This document shows, piece after piece, positions 1-7,976 of a DNA stretch of 32,000 nt. Source of the stretch: an archaeon GW2011_AR10 (GTDB lineage Archaea > Iainarchaeota > Iainarchaeia > Iainarchaeales > GW2011-AR10); NCBI GenBank assembly GCA_000830275.1, contig CP010424.1, positions 930,001 to 962,000 on the forward strand, written 5' to 3'. The notes under the pieces are model-generated. The model saw nothing but the letters and a program-made list of their open reading frames with translations. It searched no databases and was not told the DNA's origin. Numbering within the stretch: the first letter of the stretch is position 1; the number at the start of each line of letters is the position of its first letter. A program made the position numbers and the translations under genes.

Positions 1-1560
1 CTCGGCTATTTCATAGGTGCGCCTAAGGTTTGTCCTGCGGTCACGGAACTGCACCAAAATTAGGTCAAGTGCTTCAACCTCAAGCGGTGGCACATTTATC
101 GGCGGCTCAATAAGGCGCCTTAAAACCTGCTGGCCTGAATCAGCGTGAATGGTGGAGTAAACAGAGTGGCCTGTGTGCATTGCCTCAAAGAGAACCTCTG
201 CTTCTCTCTGCCTGCGCATTTCTCCGAGAATGATTCTGTCCGGGCGCATCCTCAAAGAAGAGTGGAGCAGGTCAAGCATTCCAACTTCTCCTAAACCCTC
301 TGGGTTAGGGTTCCTTGTTGTGAGAGGCACCCAGTTCCAGCGCATGTAGGATGGAAGCATTATTTCCCTTACGTCCTCAATTGAAATAATCCTGTGATAG
401 GCCGGAATAAAAGCGCACAAAGAATTTAGGGTTGAAGTTTTACCTGAAGCAGTGCCGCCTGCAATCAGCACGCTCATCTCGTAATGCATTGCCATCCAAA
501 GCAGTGCAGCCATTTCAATGCTCATAGTGTGCTTTTCGCCAATGAAATCAACAATAGTCCAAGGCCTCCTAGAGAAACGCCTGATTGTGATTGTGTTGCC
601 GGAAGAGGAAACCGGGAAAAGGGTTGCATTAACCCTGTCGCCGGTAATAAGGTGTGCATCAAGAATCGGGTTAAGCGTTGTTATCTCTCTCCCAACCTTT
701 CTTCCAATCTGTGAAGCAAAGTTTGCAATTTTTTCCTCTGATTCAAGGTAAATGTTGGAGCTTGCCCATCCGAAAACACGGTGGTAAACCGTTACAGGAG
801 TTTTGCTTGAATTGATTGCAATCTCTTCCAAAGAATTGTCTGCCATCAGGAGCTCGATTCTGCCCAAACCATACATTGAATGGAGGAGCCTTCCGGCAAG
901 GAGGTTAAGGTTTTTCTCGTCAATGCCCGGAATATGCGCTTGGAGCTCTTGCTTTGAAACATTGAAAAACTTTTCCTTCAGCTGGATGCTTTTCTTTTCA
1001 TCCGTTATTTCAGCCAGCTCAACAGGAATTTTTTCCGCAATCTCTTCCCTCAGCTGCTCCAAAAAAGCGTGGGTGTATGGCCCGACAAAAGGAGTCTTAA
1101 TCTCGTAAATAGTGCTGTTTTCCTTCCTTGACTTGAAGAGCGTGGCATGCACCGGAATAAAATCAGCAAAGAAATCGTATTGCTGCAAAACAAGGCCGTC
1201 AACTTTTTCCTGCGGTTCAATCTGCAGCTCTTTAAGCAGAACAACTGAAGGGCTTGAAATGACCGAGGCAGGGTAAACCACGTCAACAACGCCTTGCTTT
1301 TCCAAAACCTTTGCAACTTCCTCAACCTGCTTCTGGCTCCAACCAAGAGATGATGCAATTTCCTTAACCGATGCCTTCTTTTTCTGTACAACTATTGTCA
1401 TCAGTTCTTCAATGCCAGTTTTGATGGGAGCGTAATCAAAAGCAGGTTTCGAGTGTTCTTTTTTTAAGTGCTGTCCTTGCGCTGGCTTCTCAAGATTAAA
1501 AGCCCACTTTGCAGGAGACTTCATGGCATTGTCAAATTCAGCAACTGAATCATTCGGCAT
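1..1560 (-). CDS. FlaI/PilB/GspE-family secretion ATPase of an archaeal type IV pilus-like machinery; the C-terminal end runs off the left edge of the window
   Basis: Hand translation of the minus strand is open from nt 1 up to ATG 1560 (MPNDSVAEFDNAMKSPAKW...), with an alternative in-frame ATG at 1524. It is missing from the ORF track, presumably because no stop lies inside the window. Walker A is LIAGGTASGKTSTLN (GGTASGKT = nt 436-459). Downstream motifs are SIEDVREI, RMRPDRIILGEMR (Walker B/Asp box) and EAMHTGHSVYSTIHA (His box). AGGGTG lies 5 nt upstream of ATG 1560. Confidence 0.9.
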   Translation of the reverse strand, partial: MPNDSVAEFDNAMKSPAKWAFNLEKPAQGQHLKKEHSKPAFDYAPIKTGIEELMTIVVQKKKASVKEIASSLGWSQKQVEEVAKVLEKQGVVDVVYPASVISSPSVVLLKELQIEPQEKVDGLVLQQYDFFADFIPVHATLFKSRKENSTIYEIKTPFVGPYTHAFLEQLREEIAEKIPVELAEITDEKKSIQLKEKFFNVSKQELQAHIPGIDEKNLNLLAGRLLHSMYGLGRIELLMADNSLEEIAINSSKTPVTVYHRVFGWASSNIYLESEEKIANFASQIGRKVGREITTLNPILDAHLITGDRVNATLFPVSSSGNTITIRRFSRRPWTIVDFIGEKHTMSIEMAALLWMAMHYEMSVLIAGGTASGKTSTLNSLCAFIPAYHRIISIEDVREIMLPSYMRWNWVPLTTRNPNPEGLGEVGMLDLLHSSLRMRPDRIILGEMRRQREAEVLFEAMHTGHSVYSTIHADSGQQVLRRLIEPPINVPPLEVEALDLILVQFRDRRTNLRRTYEIAE

Positions 1561-1653
1561 GCGCGCACCCTTAATATATATAAAGCACTATAGAAAAGAA
1601 TTTCCCCAATAAAAGCCTTATGCTTTCCGATCCGGGTTTCGCTGAAGGCACAT

Positions 1654-1721
1654 TTTGATAAAACTTTTCCTAAAAGTTTTTGGCGGAGCCCCTTTTTGAT
1701 AAAACTTTTCCTAAAAGTTTT
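1654..1721. repeat. Two copies of a 27-bp element, TTTGATAAAACTTTTCCTAAAAGTTTT, each containing a 9-bp/3-nt/9-bp palindrome
   Basis: Identical 27-mers at 1654-1680 and 1695-1721, 41 nt apart. AAAACTTTT is the reverse complement of AAAAGTTTT. The second copy overlaps the stop codon (1711-1713) of the last pilin-like gene. Both copies lie in the 150-nt gap before the ATPase gene. Confidence 0.9.
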
Positions 1722-2571
1722 CACCTATTAAAATTTTTCCAGAAGAGTTAACGTCTGCAACAGAAAAATTTAGGTCAGCATCGTAAAACCAGTACAGATT
1801 GTCAGAAGACGATGGGACAACTGCTCTAACCGAAATCGATGACCTGGTTGCAGCATTGTCAAAGCTTTCGCTGATGCGCAATGCTTTCTGGCTGCCTTCA
1901 ATTGCGCCAATTTCAACTGAAAAAGAATCATTCGGGTTTCCGGAATAATTGAAAGTGAAAGTGTTAAGGGTGCTTGAATCAAGCTTTCCGGAGCTGGTAA
2001 TGACGCCGTTGCCGTCCTCATAGCGAAGGCTCACGTTAATGTCGCCACTCGGATTAAGGCTCCATGGAATTGAACTTACTACGGAATCATTTACTGTAAC
2101 ATTTATGTCAAAAACAGTTACATTTGAATCAGAAGCAGGAACATAAAAGAACACATTGGTGTCATTGGCATAGCTGTAATCATACTGTAAGGCATTGCTG
2201 AAAACAAGCTCTGTTTTTCCGTCAACTAATTTGTTGAAGTCAACTTCAATTGAAATGTTCTGCTGCTTGGCATAAACCGAGGAAAGAAAACTCCGGAGGC
2301 CAAGCACATTAAGCTTGTTTAGGTCTGAAGGCAGTTTGTCCCTTAAAAAAATTTCCGTGAAGGAAACGCCTCTGTTCACATCAACTGATGTTTCAAGCAG
2401 CTTGTTCAAGTCAACGGACAAATCGCTTCTCACGAAGCCTGCTTTTTCAACTGAAAAAACCGAAACCACTTCTGACTCGCGCTCAAGGTTTAGGTTAAGG
2501 TAGAACTGCGAGAAAACAAGCAGGGCTGAAAGAAGAAGCAGCGCGCTGATAGAAATAACGAAACCCTTCAA
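1711..2571 (-). CDS. Pilin-like secreted protein with a class III (prepilin-type) signal peptide, 286 aa
   Basis: The N-terminus MKG|FVISISALLLLSALLVF is a short basic leader ending in G, followed by a hydrophobic helix. The rest is S/N/T/V-rich with many N-x-S/T sequons (NDT, NVT, NDS, NVS, NYS, NFS, NSS). The TTG start overlaps the upstream TGA (TTGA at 2568-2571) and GGTGG lies 4 nt upstream. Confidence 0.7.
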   Translation of the reverse strand: MKGFVISISALLLLSALLVFSQFYLNLNLERESEVVSVFSVEKAGFVRSDLSVDLNKLLETSVDVNRGVSFTEIFLRDKLPSDLNKLNVLGLRSFLSSVYAKQQNISIEVDFNKLVDGKTELVFSNALQYDYSYANDTNVFFYVPASDSNVTVFDINVTVNDSVVSSIPWSLNPSGDINVSLRYEDGNGVITSSGKLDSSTLNTFTFNYSGNPNDSFSVEIGAIEGSQKALRISESFDNAATRSSISVRAVVPSSSDNLYWFYDADLNFSVADVNSSGKILIGENF

Positions 2572-2999
2572 GTTTCCACCCTATGCCACGAATTGATTTC
2601 TGCAAGAAAAAAATTCGAATCAGCGCCTTGCTGTACAACAAAAGAGCTTCGCAGAACAATAATTTCATCCGGTGAAACATTGCAGCCCGGCTTTTTTACC
2701 GACATGAAAGGGTTTGCCAAATCAGACTGCTCAAAGAGTTTTACCTCGGCGCAAACATTGAACGGCAACTTGTTGAGGAACTGCCTTAATTCTGCGCTCT
2801 TGTTTTCATTAACCGCTTTTTCCAGCCTGCCGGATTTTTCCAACACTGTTAGGGCATCTGCGGAAAACTCTTTTAAAGCCAAAGCCTTAAACGAGGAACT
2901 GCCTACTCTGCCCAAAAAGAAAAGAATTGAAACAAGCACTATGAAAAAAATGAAAACCGCAATGACGGCATCCAATGAAACAATGAAGCCCCGGCTCAA
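2568..2999 (-). CDS. Pilin-like protein with a class III signal peptide, 143 aa
   Basis: N-terminus MSRG|FIVSLDAVIAVFIFFIVLVSILFF. The TTG start overlaps the upstream TGA (TTGA at 2996-2999). A strong GGAGGTG lies 5 nt upstream. Confidence 0.7.
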   Translation of the reverse strand: MSRGFIVSLDAVIAVFIFFIVLVSILFFLGRVGSSSFKALALKEFSADALTVLEKSGRLEKAVNENKSAELRQFLNKLPFNVCAEVKLFEQSDLANPFMSVKKPGCNVSPDEIIVLRSSFVVQQGADSNFFLAEINSWHRVET

Positions 3000-3496
3000 T
3001 CAAACACCTCCAGTTTCACTAGAATTTCATCTGAACCAAGCAGGGCAAGCCTGCTTGCGGAAACAACTGTTGCGTTTGAATCAGGAAGCATGCCGGCAGA
3101 GTAAAGCTGTTGGCTGCTCTGAAGCAGTTCCACTGAAAAAAAGAAATCAAATTTTCCAAGGCCGAGCAGCTGCTTCAAGTCAGAGTAATTGGATGAATTG
3201 AGGTCGGAGAACCGCTGCAGCTTTTCACTGCTTAAAACGTTTCTCTCCTCAGCCAAACCAACTGAATTGATGTCATTGATTGATGGAAGCTTTTCCCAGT
3301 TGGATGGCTGGCCGGAGGAAACAACAAGCGCTGAAGCAGCAGCAGAGGCAGCATCACGGAGCTCACTGTACTGCTCGAAAGAATCTGCTTGAAGAAAAGC
3401 CTGCCTTGAAACAATAACTGAAAGGGAAAGAATGAACAAAAAAACCAGCATTCCTACAATGAAGTCTGTTGAAAACACTTGGCCTCTTGCTTTCAT
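2996..3496 (-). CDS. Pilin-like protein with a class III signal peptide, 166 aa
   Basis: N-terminus MKARGQ|VFSTDFIVGMLVFLFILSLSVIV. ATGA overlap with the upstream gene at 3493-3496. GGTGA lies 6 nt upstream. Confidence 0.75.
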   Translation of the reverse strand: MKARGQVFSTDFIVGMLVFLFILSLSVIVSRQAFLQADSFEQYSELRDAASAAASALVVSSGQPSNWEKLPSINDINSVGLAEERNVLSSEKLQRFSDLNSSNYSDLKQLLGLGKFDFFFSVELLQSSQQLYSAGMLPDSNATVVSASRLALLGSDEILVKLEVFD

Positions 3497-3891
3497 TGAA
3501 CTTCACCGAACTCAATGTTTCCATTATTGTTTCTCACATCAACAAATTCTCCAATTGCATAAGTTCCTGAAACAATTTGTGGGGTTATTAAGGGAGCGCT
3601 AGCAGTTCCTCCTTCAAAAGAAACATCAACAGAGTTGCCGGCAATGTTAAGGTCAAATCCAAGGCCTTTGTCGTCAAGGAGAACAGCTGTTTCAGTGCCG
3701 TTGCCTGCCAAGTGCACTTGGTTGATTGTTCTGGCAACATTGAAGGCAAGGTTTTTTGCCTCGAGCTGTGCCCTGGAAGCATTCAGTGCAGCGTTTCTCT
3801 CTGAAAAAATCGCAAGTGACGCGCCGAGAACAAGGAAAAGCAGAACCAGCACAATCGTGAACTCAACTGTTATTTGCGCTTTGCGTTTCAT
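3493..3891 (-). CDS. Small pilin, candidate major subunit, 132 aa, with a DUF361/Class_IIIsignal-type N-terminus
   Basis: The N-terminus MKRKAQ|ITVEFTIVLVLLFLVLGASLAIF shows the Q-x-[ST]-x-E-[FL] pattern typical of euryarchaeal DUF361 pilins. AGGTGAG lies about 4 nt upstream of the ATG, directly after the upstream stop. Confidence 0.8.
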   Translation of the reverse strand: MKRKAQITVEFTIVLVLLFLVLGASLAIFSERNAALNASRAQLEAKNLAFNVARTINQVHLAGNGTETAVLLDDKGLGFDLNIAGNSVDVSFEGGTASAPLITPQIVSGTYAIGEFVDVRNNNGNIEFGEVQ

Positions 3892-3899
3892 TAGCTCAC

Positions 3900-5699
3900 C
3901 TAAGGAGTGAAAGTTACCCTAACGCCTGCAGCGTCAAGGTACCAGAAGTTGTCACGGGTGCCGACTCTGGTGTAGGTTCCGCCAACCCGGAGGTTGGAGA
4001 TATCAGCAGCAGTCCAGCTCCTGTCAGAGGTAACATCAATTATTTCCCATTCCGGTTCTGTTATGCCTTGCCTGTCAACAGGCGTGTTTGAGCTGTTGTA
4101 AGTGTTCTTTGTGATATTCAAGGCTGAAATGCCATAGCGAATCTGAACATTATCATTGCTTAGTGTTGCTGGAATTGAGTGGCTCCAAATAAGTTCAACT
4201 TGGTTAATTGTGCCGCTAATGGTGGAAGCATCATAGTTGAAACCATAAATGTTGCCACCGCCTGTCCTAGAGGTAGTGTTGTTTGCTGCACCAATAACGT
4301 TCGATGGGTTGCTGCCGCCAGAAGCAGAGCGAGCCCATAAAAGCACTGTCTGCGGCACTCCGCTTGAAACAGTGAATGGCCTGTTCTCTCCGGAAGTTCC
4401 AACAAGGGAAACAGAGCTGGTGCAGTTTACATCCCAAGTGTAAGAGCCGTTAGCGAGGCCGCTCTTAATGAAGGACTGGGTTATGCCTTCAGTGATGGAA
4501 TTATCTGTTTGGTCAACTGAACCGTTTATTATAAGAGAGCAGGAACTGATGCTTGTTTCTGCATCTGAAACATTGAAATCGAATTGAATGAGCCCATCAA
4601 CATCAGTGTAGCCGGGAGCAGGGGCTTCAAGCAGCACAACAGGAACAGTAAAATCAAGCACCGTAACAGTTAAGGAAATTAAATCAGAGTTTGTTCCATC
4701 TGAAACAGTTATTGTTCCGGTTGAAGTTGTTGGGGCTGTTCCTGCAGGCACTGTTAAAGAAATTGTTTTGCTCTGGCACGAATCAGCAGCAAGCGGCTCA
4801 ATTGGAGTAATGGGAGTGTTAACCCAGTTGCCCGCATCACCTGTTGAAGGAACAAAAGAAACGCTTGCCATTTCTGAGGCAGAATTGTTGCAAACACTGA
4901 AAGAGTTTGAGTCACTGCTGCCTGCCCCGACAGTTGTAGTCCAAGTTGACGGAATCACAATGAGTGAAGCTGAAACACCGCCTGCAATCACCTCAGCATT
5001 CAATGGCAAGGAAAAGTTCTCGTCACCAGAGGGAAAGTGGGCGCCAATGTTGAGGTTGCCGGCATAATTGCCAGCGGATGCAGCAGTGGAGGTGAATGTA
5101 ACTGTTACTGTTTGCTGCGCTGAAGGAGAAAGAGAAAAGTTTTGCGGAGCAAAGGAAAGGCTGACATCAGGGTTGCTCCAGTTGGCAGCAAGAAAAATGT
5201 TTGCATCCAAGCCGGAATTGTTTGAAAACACAATGTTTTCATCCCCTGAATCGCTTGGAGTCAGTGAAACAAAAATTGAGTTCCTGCTGAAAGAAATCGT
5301 TTCAGCGCCAATTTCTACGTAGCCTTCTTTTGCCTTAACCACCACAAAGTGGCCGCCGGCAGTTATGGGAAAGCTTCCTGAAAGGTTCACATCAGCTGCC
5401 TCAACAACATCAGTGCCCTGCACTGAAATCCTCACAATGTTTCCCTGCACCCCTGTTTTCCCTGCATCAACCCCGTCAGGAATTGTGATGAAAACCCGCT
5501 TTTTTGCGCCAACTCCTTGGGAGTAAACGTCGTTGGCTGCATCCGCGAGCCCCTTAACAGAGTTCTCGGCATTCTGGATGCCTTGGCCTGCATTAAGCTT
5601 TGAGAGCTGGTCGGAAGCATAATTGAACATCACCGCTAGGAAAGCAAGCGAAACCGCAAGTATTACCACCAATTCAATTGAGCTCTGGGCTTTGCGCAT
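3900..5699 (-). CDS. Large pilin-like protein with a DUF361-type class III signal peptide and Ig-like/adhesin-like C-terminal domains (599 aa from ATG 5699; the track ORF starts at GTG 5708)
   Basis: N-terminus MRKAQ|SSIELVVILAVSLAFLAVMF, with AGGTG 7 nt upstream of ATG 5699. The long S/T/N/V-rich ectodomain carries many N-x-S/T sequons and beta-sandwich-like segments (for example TVTVLDFTVPVVLLEAPAPGYTDVDGLIQFDFNVSD). Confidence 0.8.
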   Translation of the reverse strand: MRKAQSSIELVVILAVSLAFLAVMFNYASDQLSKLNAGQGIQNAENSVKGLADAANDVYSQGVGAKKRVFITIPDGVDAGKTGVQGNIVRISVQGTDVVEAADVNLSGSFPITAGGHFVVVKAKEGYVEIGAETISFSRNSIFVSLTPSDSGDENIVFSNNSGLDANIFLAANWSNPDVSLSFAPQNFSLSPSAQQTVTVTFTSTAASAGNYAGNLNIGAHFPSGDENFSLPLNAEVIAGGVSASLIVIPSTWTTTVGAGSSDSNSFSVCNNSASEMASVSFVPSTGDAGNWVNTPITPIEPLAADSCQSKTISLTVPAGTAPTTSTGTITVSDGTNSDLISLTVTVLDFTVPVVLLEAPAPGYTDVDGLIQFDFNVSDAETSISSCSLIINGSVDQTDNSITEGITQSFIKSGLANGSYTWDVNCTSSVSLVGTSGENRPFTVSSGVPQTVLLWARSASGGSNPSNVIGAANNTTSRTGGGNIYGFNYDASTISGTINQVELIWSHSIPATLSNDNVQIRYGISALNITKNTYNSSNTPVDRQGITEPEWEIIDVTSDRSWTAADISNLRVGGTYTRVGTRDNFWYLDAAGVRVTFTP

Positions 5700-5757
5700 C
5701 AAGGGCACCTTTAAAAGCAGTAAATAAAGGAGTCAAGTTGTTAATAAAATTAAGCGA

Positions 5758-6951
5758 CTAGAAAACCTCTACCTCTGGGTAAACAACAATTCCATTTTTT
5801 TCAAAGGTTAGAGCGCAAACACTGTTTGTGTGGTGGGTTCCACGCATTTTAAGTATTTCCAAACTGTGGACCCTAACCCCTTTGTCTTCTCTCTTGGAGT
5901 ACTGCAGCGAAATTATTGCATCAGTGAGAAAGCCCTCTGCTCCCTCTTTTGCTTCAGCAAGCTTTGGCGGCATCTCTGAAACGATAATGCTGGTGCAGCC
6001 CCACTTCTTGAGCAGCTCAAAGAACTCAAGAATGTTTTCCCTCCTCTGGTATTCGTCCTTAAACAAAATAGAGTAAGCAGTAATAGAGTCAATTGCGAGG
6101 CGCGCTGCATTCATTGACTTGACAGTGTCACGGATTGTGCCGCCGCCTTCCTCCATCAACTTGTTCACTTGGTGCGGCTTAAACTCCAAAATCTGGAGTA
6201 ACCCATTCTTCTCCAGTTTCTCGAGATCCCAGCCAAACTCCTTGTGATGCTTGTAAAGTGATTCCCTTGTTTCCTCAAAAGTTATTAAAAGGCCAGGCTC
6301 ATGAAAGCGCACCGCGCCAAAGTAAAGAAATTGCAGCGCAAAAGTTGTTTTGCCTGTTCCGGCTCCGCCAGTAACAAGAATTGTTGAGCCCTTCTCCAAG
6401 CCACCTTCAATTAATTCATCCAAGCCCTCAATTCCTGAGGGGATGCGCTTCAGCTCTCCTAAATGGTTAAATGCCCCCACAATTCCTGCTTTTGCTGGTT
6501 TCATGGCCTTGCTTTTTTCATCAGGCTTTTGGGTAGCAGCCCTTCCAGTCAGAGTTCCGGCTTTACTGGAAAGAGCTTCAAGTTCTCTTTCCAGCCCTTC
6601 TTCCTTCAAGTGCAGTTCCTCCAAATCCCTCCTAAGTTGTTCTACCTCAGCATTTTTGTCATGAACCTCTTCCTCCACATCAGGGGCGGAAGCAGCAGCA
6701 AAGGAATCAGGCACTGCCCTTGTTTTTTCCTTAACAGCAGGTTTTTCCTCTGCTGAAACCTTTTTGGAAACGGTTTGCGAAAAGGGGCCTTCGGCTGAAG
6801 GCGTTTTCCCTGAAGAAGAAAAAGTTTTTCCAAAAAACTTTGGTTCCCCAGAAGAAGCTGAACGCAAACCCCCTTGTTCCACTAAAGAGTCATCTGCTGT
6901 TTTTCTGGATGAGCTGCCAATTATTTTCTTCAAATTGATTTTTGAGCCCAT
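5758..6951 (-). CDS. KaiC/RecA-superfamily ATPase with a roughly 165-aa disordered plus coiled-coil N-terminal extension
   Basis: The C-terminal 230 aa contain IPSGIEGLDELIEGGLEKGSTILVTGGAGTGKTTFALQFLYFGA (Walker A), ITFEE, and ARLAIDSIT (Walker B). The N-terminal region is S/K/E/A-rich and holds a heptad-like stretch, EVEQLRRDLEELHLKEEGLERELEAL. GGGTG lies 7 nt upstream of the ATG. Confidence 0.85.
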   Translation of the reverse strand: MGSKINLKKIIGSSSRKTADDSLVEQGGLRSASSGEPKFFGKTFSSSGKTPSAEGPFSQTVSKKVSAEEKPAVKEKTRAVPDSFAAASAPDVEEEVHDKNAEVEQLRRDLEELHLKEEGLERELEALSSKAGTLTGRAATQKPDEKSKAMKPAKAGIVGAFNHLGELKRIPSGIEGLDELIEGGLEKGSTILVTGGAGTGKTTFALQFLYFGAVRFHEPGLLITFEETRESLYKHHKEFGWDLEKLEKNGLLQILEFKPHQVNKLMEEGGGTIRDTVKSMNAARLAIDSITAYSILFKDEYQRRENILEFFELLKKWGCTSIIVSEMPPKLAEAKEGAEGFLTDAIISLQYSKREDKGVRVHSLEILKMRGTHHTNSVCALTFEKNGIVVYPEVEVF

Positions 6952-7015
6952 TTAAAAGCACCCGCAAGAATAGCAAAATGCTTATGTATTTGAACAAAAA
7001 ATTACATTTTGCAAC

Positions 7016-7059
7016 TAGCAAACAGCAAATTAATGATCAAAAATCAAAGCTGTTTGCTA
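7016..7059. repeat. Inverted repeat (11-bp arms, 22-nt loop) in the divergent intergenic region
   Basis: TAGCAAACAGC (7016-7026) is the exact reverse complement of GCTGTTTGCTA (7049-7059). Confidence 0.85.
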
Positions 7060-7192
7060 TAATAAAACAACATTGAACAATTTAAGGTTTTGCAGGGCGG
7101 TTCAAGGCGTTGAATACTTATTAATTTAATTATTGTAACTTTATAAGTCTAATAAAGGTGTAAAGGTGTTCAACAACCTTCAGCCAAAAAAA

Positions 7193-7211
7193 CACTGTTT
7201 TAAAAACAGTG
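7193..7211. promoter_or_regulatory. Perfect 9-1-9 palindrome CACTGTTTT-A-AAAACAGTG, abutting the BRE/TATA region of the KaiC-like gene
   Basis: Read directly from the sequence. The palindrome ends 10 nt upstream of the TATA box at 7221-7230. This geometry fits an operator for a dimeric regulator. Confidence 0.5.
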
Positions 7212-7220
7212 GAATTATTC

Positions 7221-7230
7221 TATTTAAATA
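7221..7230 (+). promoter_or_regulatory. TATA box (TATTTAAATA) for the 7259 KaiC-like gene; leaderless or near-leaderless geometry
   Basis: The AT-rich octamer is centred about 33 nt upstream of ATG 7259. The same geometry recurs at several other first genes in this window. Confidence 0.55.
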
Positions 7231-7258
7231 AGCCCAATAAAACTAAGTGGAGAACCGC

Positions 7259-7966
7259 ATGGCAGAGAAAGAGATGACAAGGTCGGAGGTTAAAAGGTGC
7301 AGGTCGGGCATTGAAGGCTTAGACGAGATAATTGATGGGGGAATTCCTGAAGGAAACCTCGTAGTTTTAAGCGGCGACCCAGGCTCAGGCAAAACTGTTT
7401 TCTGCTGGCAGTTCATCTACAGCGGAGCAACACAATTCAACCAAAACGGCGTCTATATTTCGCTGGAGGAACCAGAAAAAACAATAGTTGAAGGCGCCAG
7501 AGAGTTTGGCTTCGATTTCCAGAAGCTAATCAATTCAGGAAAACTTAAAATAATCACGATTGAGCTCTACGATTTTGAAAGGCTTAAGAACATGATAGAG
7601 GACACGGTTAAATCGATTGATGCAAAGCGGGTTATAATTGACCCAGGAGTAATATTCAGGCTGTTCTTTGACAGGGAACTTGATGCAAGGAAAAGGATTG
7701 TAAGCCTTGGAAAAATGCTGAAATCAATTGGCTGCACCTCAATAATCACGAACGAAATCTCACTTGGAAAAGCAAGCTCGCTTTTTGGCCTGGAGGAATA
7801 CGTGGCTGACGGAGTAATACTGCTTTACCACACCAAAATCAAGGACAGGTTTGTTAGAAGCATTGCGGTACTAAAAATGAGGAACACAAAAATTTCAGAG
7901 CAGCTTAAGCCAATCAAAATAAGCGGTTCAGGAATCAAGGTTTTGTCAAAAGGGGAAATTTTTTGA
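7259..7966 (+). CDS. Single-domain KaiC-like ATPase (canonical P-loop), 235 aa from ATG 7259 (the track ORF starts at GTG 7247)
   Basis: Motifs are RSGIEGLDEIIDGGIPEGNLVVLSGDPGSGKTVFCWQFIYSGA (Walker A), ISLEE, and KRVIIDP (Walker B). Confidence 0.85.
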   Translation: MAEKEMTRSEVKRCRSGIEGLDEIIDGGIPEGNLVVLSGDPGSGKTVFCWQFIYSGATQFNQNGVYISLEEPEKTIVEGAREFGFDFQKLINSGKLKIITIELYDFERLKNMIEDTVKSIDAKRVIIDPGVIFRLFFDRELDARKRIVSLGKMLKSIGCTSIITNEISLGKASSLFGLEEYVADGVILLYHTKIKDRFVRSIAVLKMRNTKISEQLKPIKISGSGIKVLSKGEIF

Positions 7967-7976
7967 GGTGGCCTAA

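Noticed and set aside
1571-1585. TTTATATATATTAA block as the sole promoter of the ATPase gene with a leaderless start at 1560
   Set aside because: The TATA centre is only about 20 nt from ATG 1560, which is too close for the leaderless geometry seen elsewhere. It may be an internal promoter serving ATG 1524, or it may be just AT-rich spacer. I left it unresolved rather than calling it.
1654-1721. Possibility that the 27-bp direct repeats are a CRISPR array
   Set aside because: There are only two copies with a 14-nt spacer, no cas genes, and an AT-rich palindrome overlapping a stop codon. This fits a terminator or operator, not CRISPR.
1521-1724. 67-aa minus-strand ORF covering the palindromic repeats
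   Set aside because: It is made almost entirely of the duplicated 27-bp element and the AT-rich block. It is in a different frame from the ATPase gene, and the repeat structure explains the open frame.
2593-3201. 202-aa plus-strand ORF across two pilin-like genes, and the similar plus-strand ORFs at 484-1108, 4249-5322, 6350-6955, 8769-9521 and 27319-28695
   Set aside because: All are antisense to genes supported by signal peptides or ATPase motifs and by operon SD and overlap signals. None has its own initiation signals.
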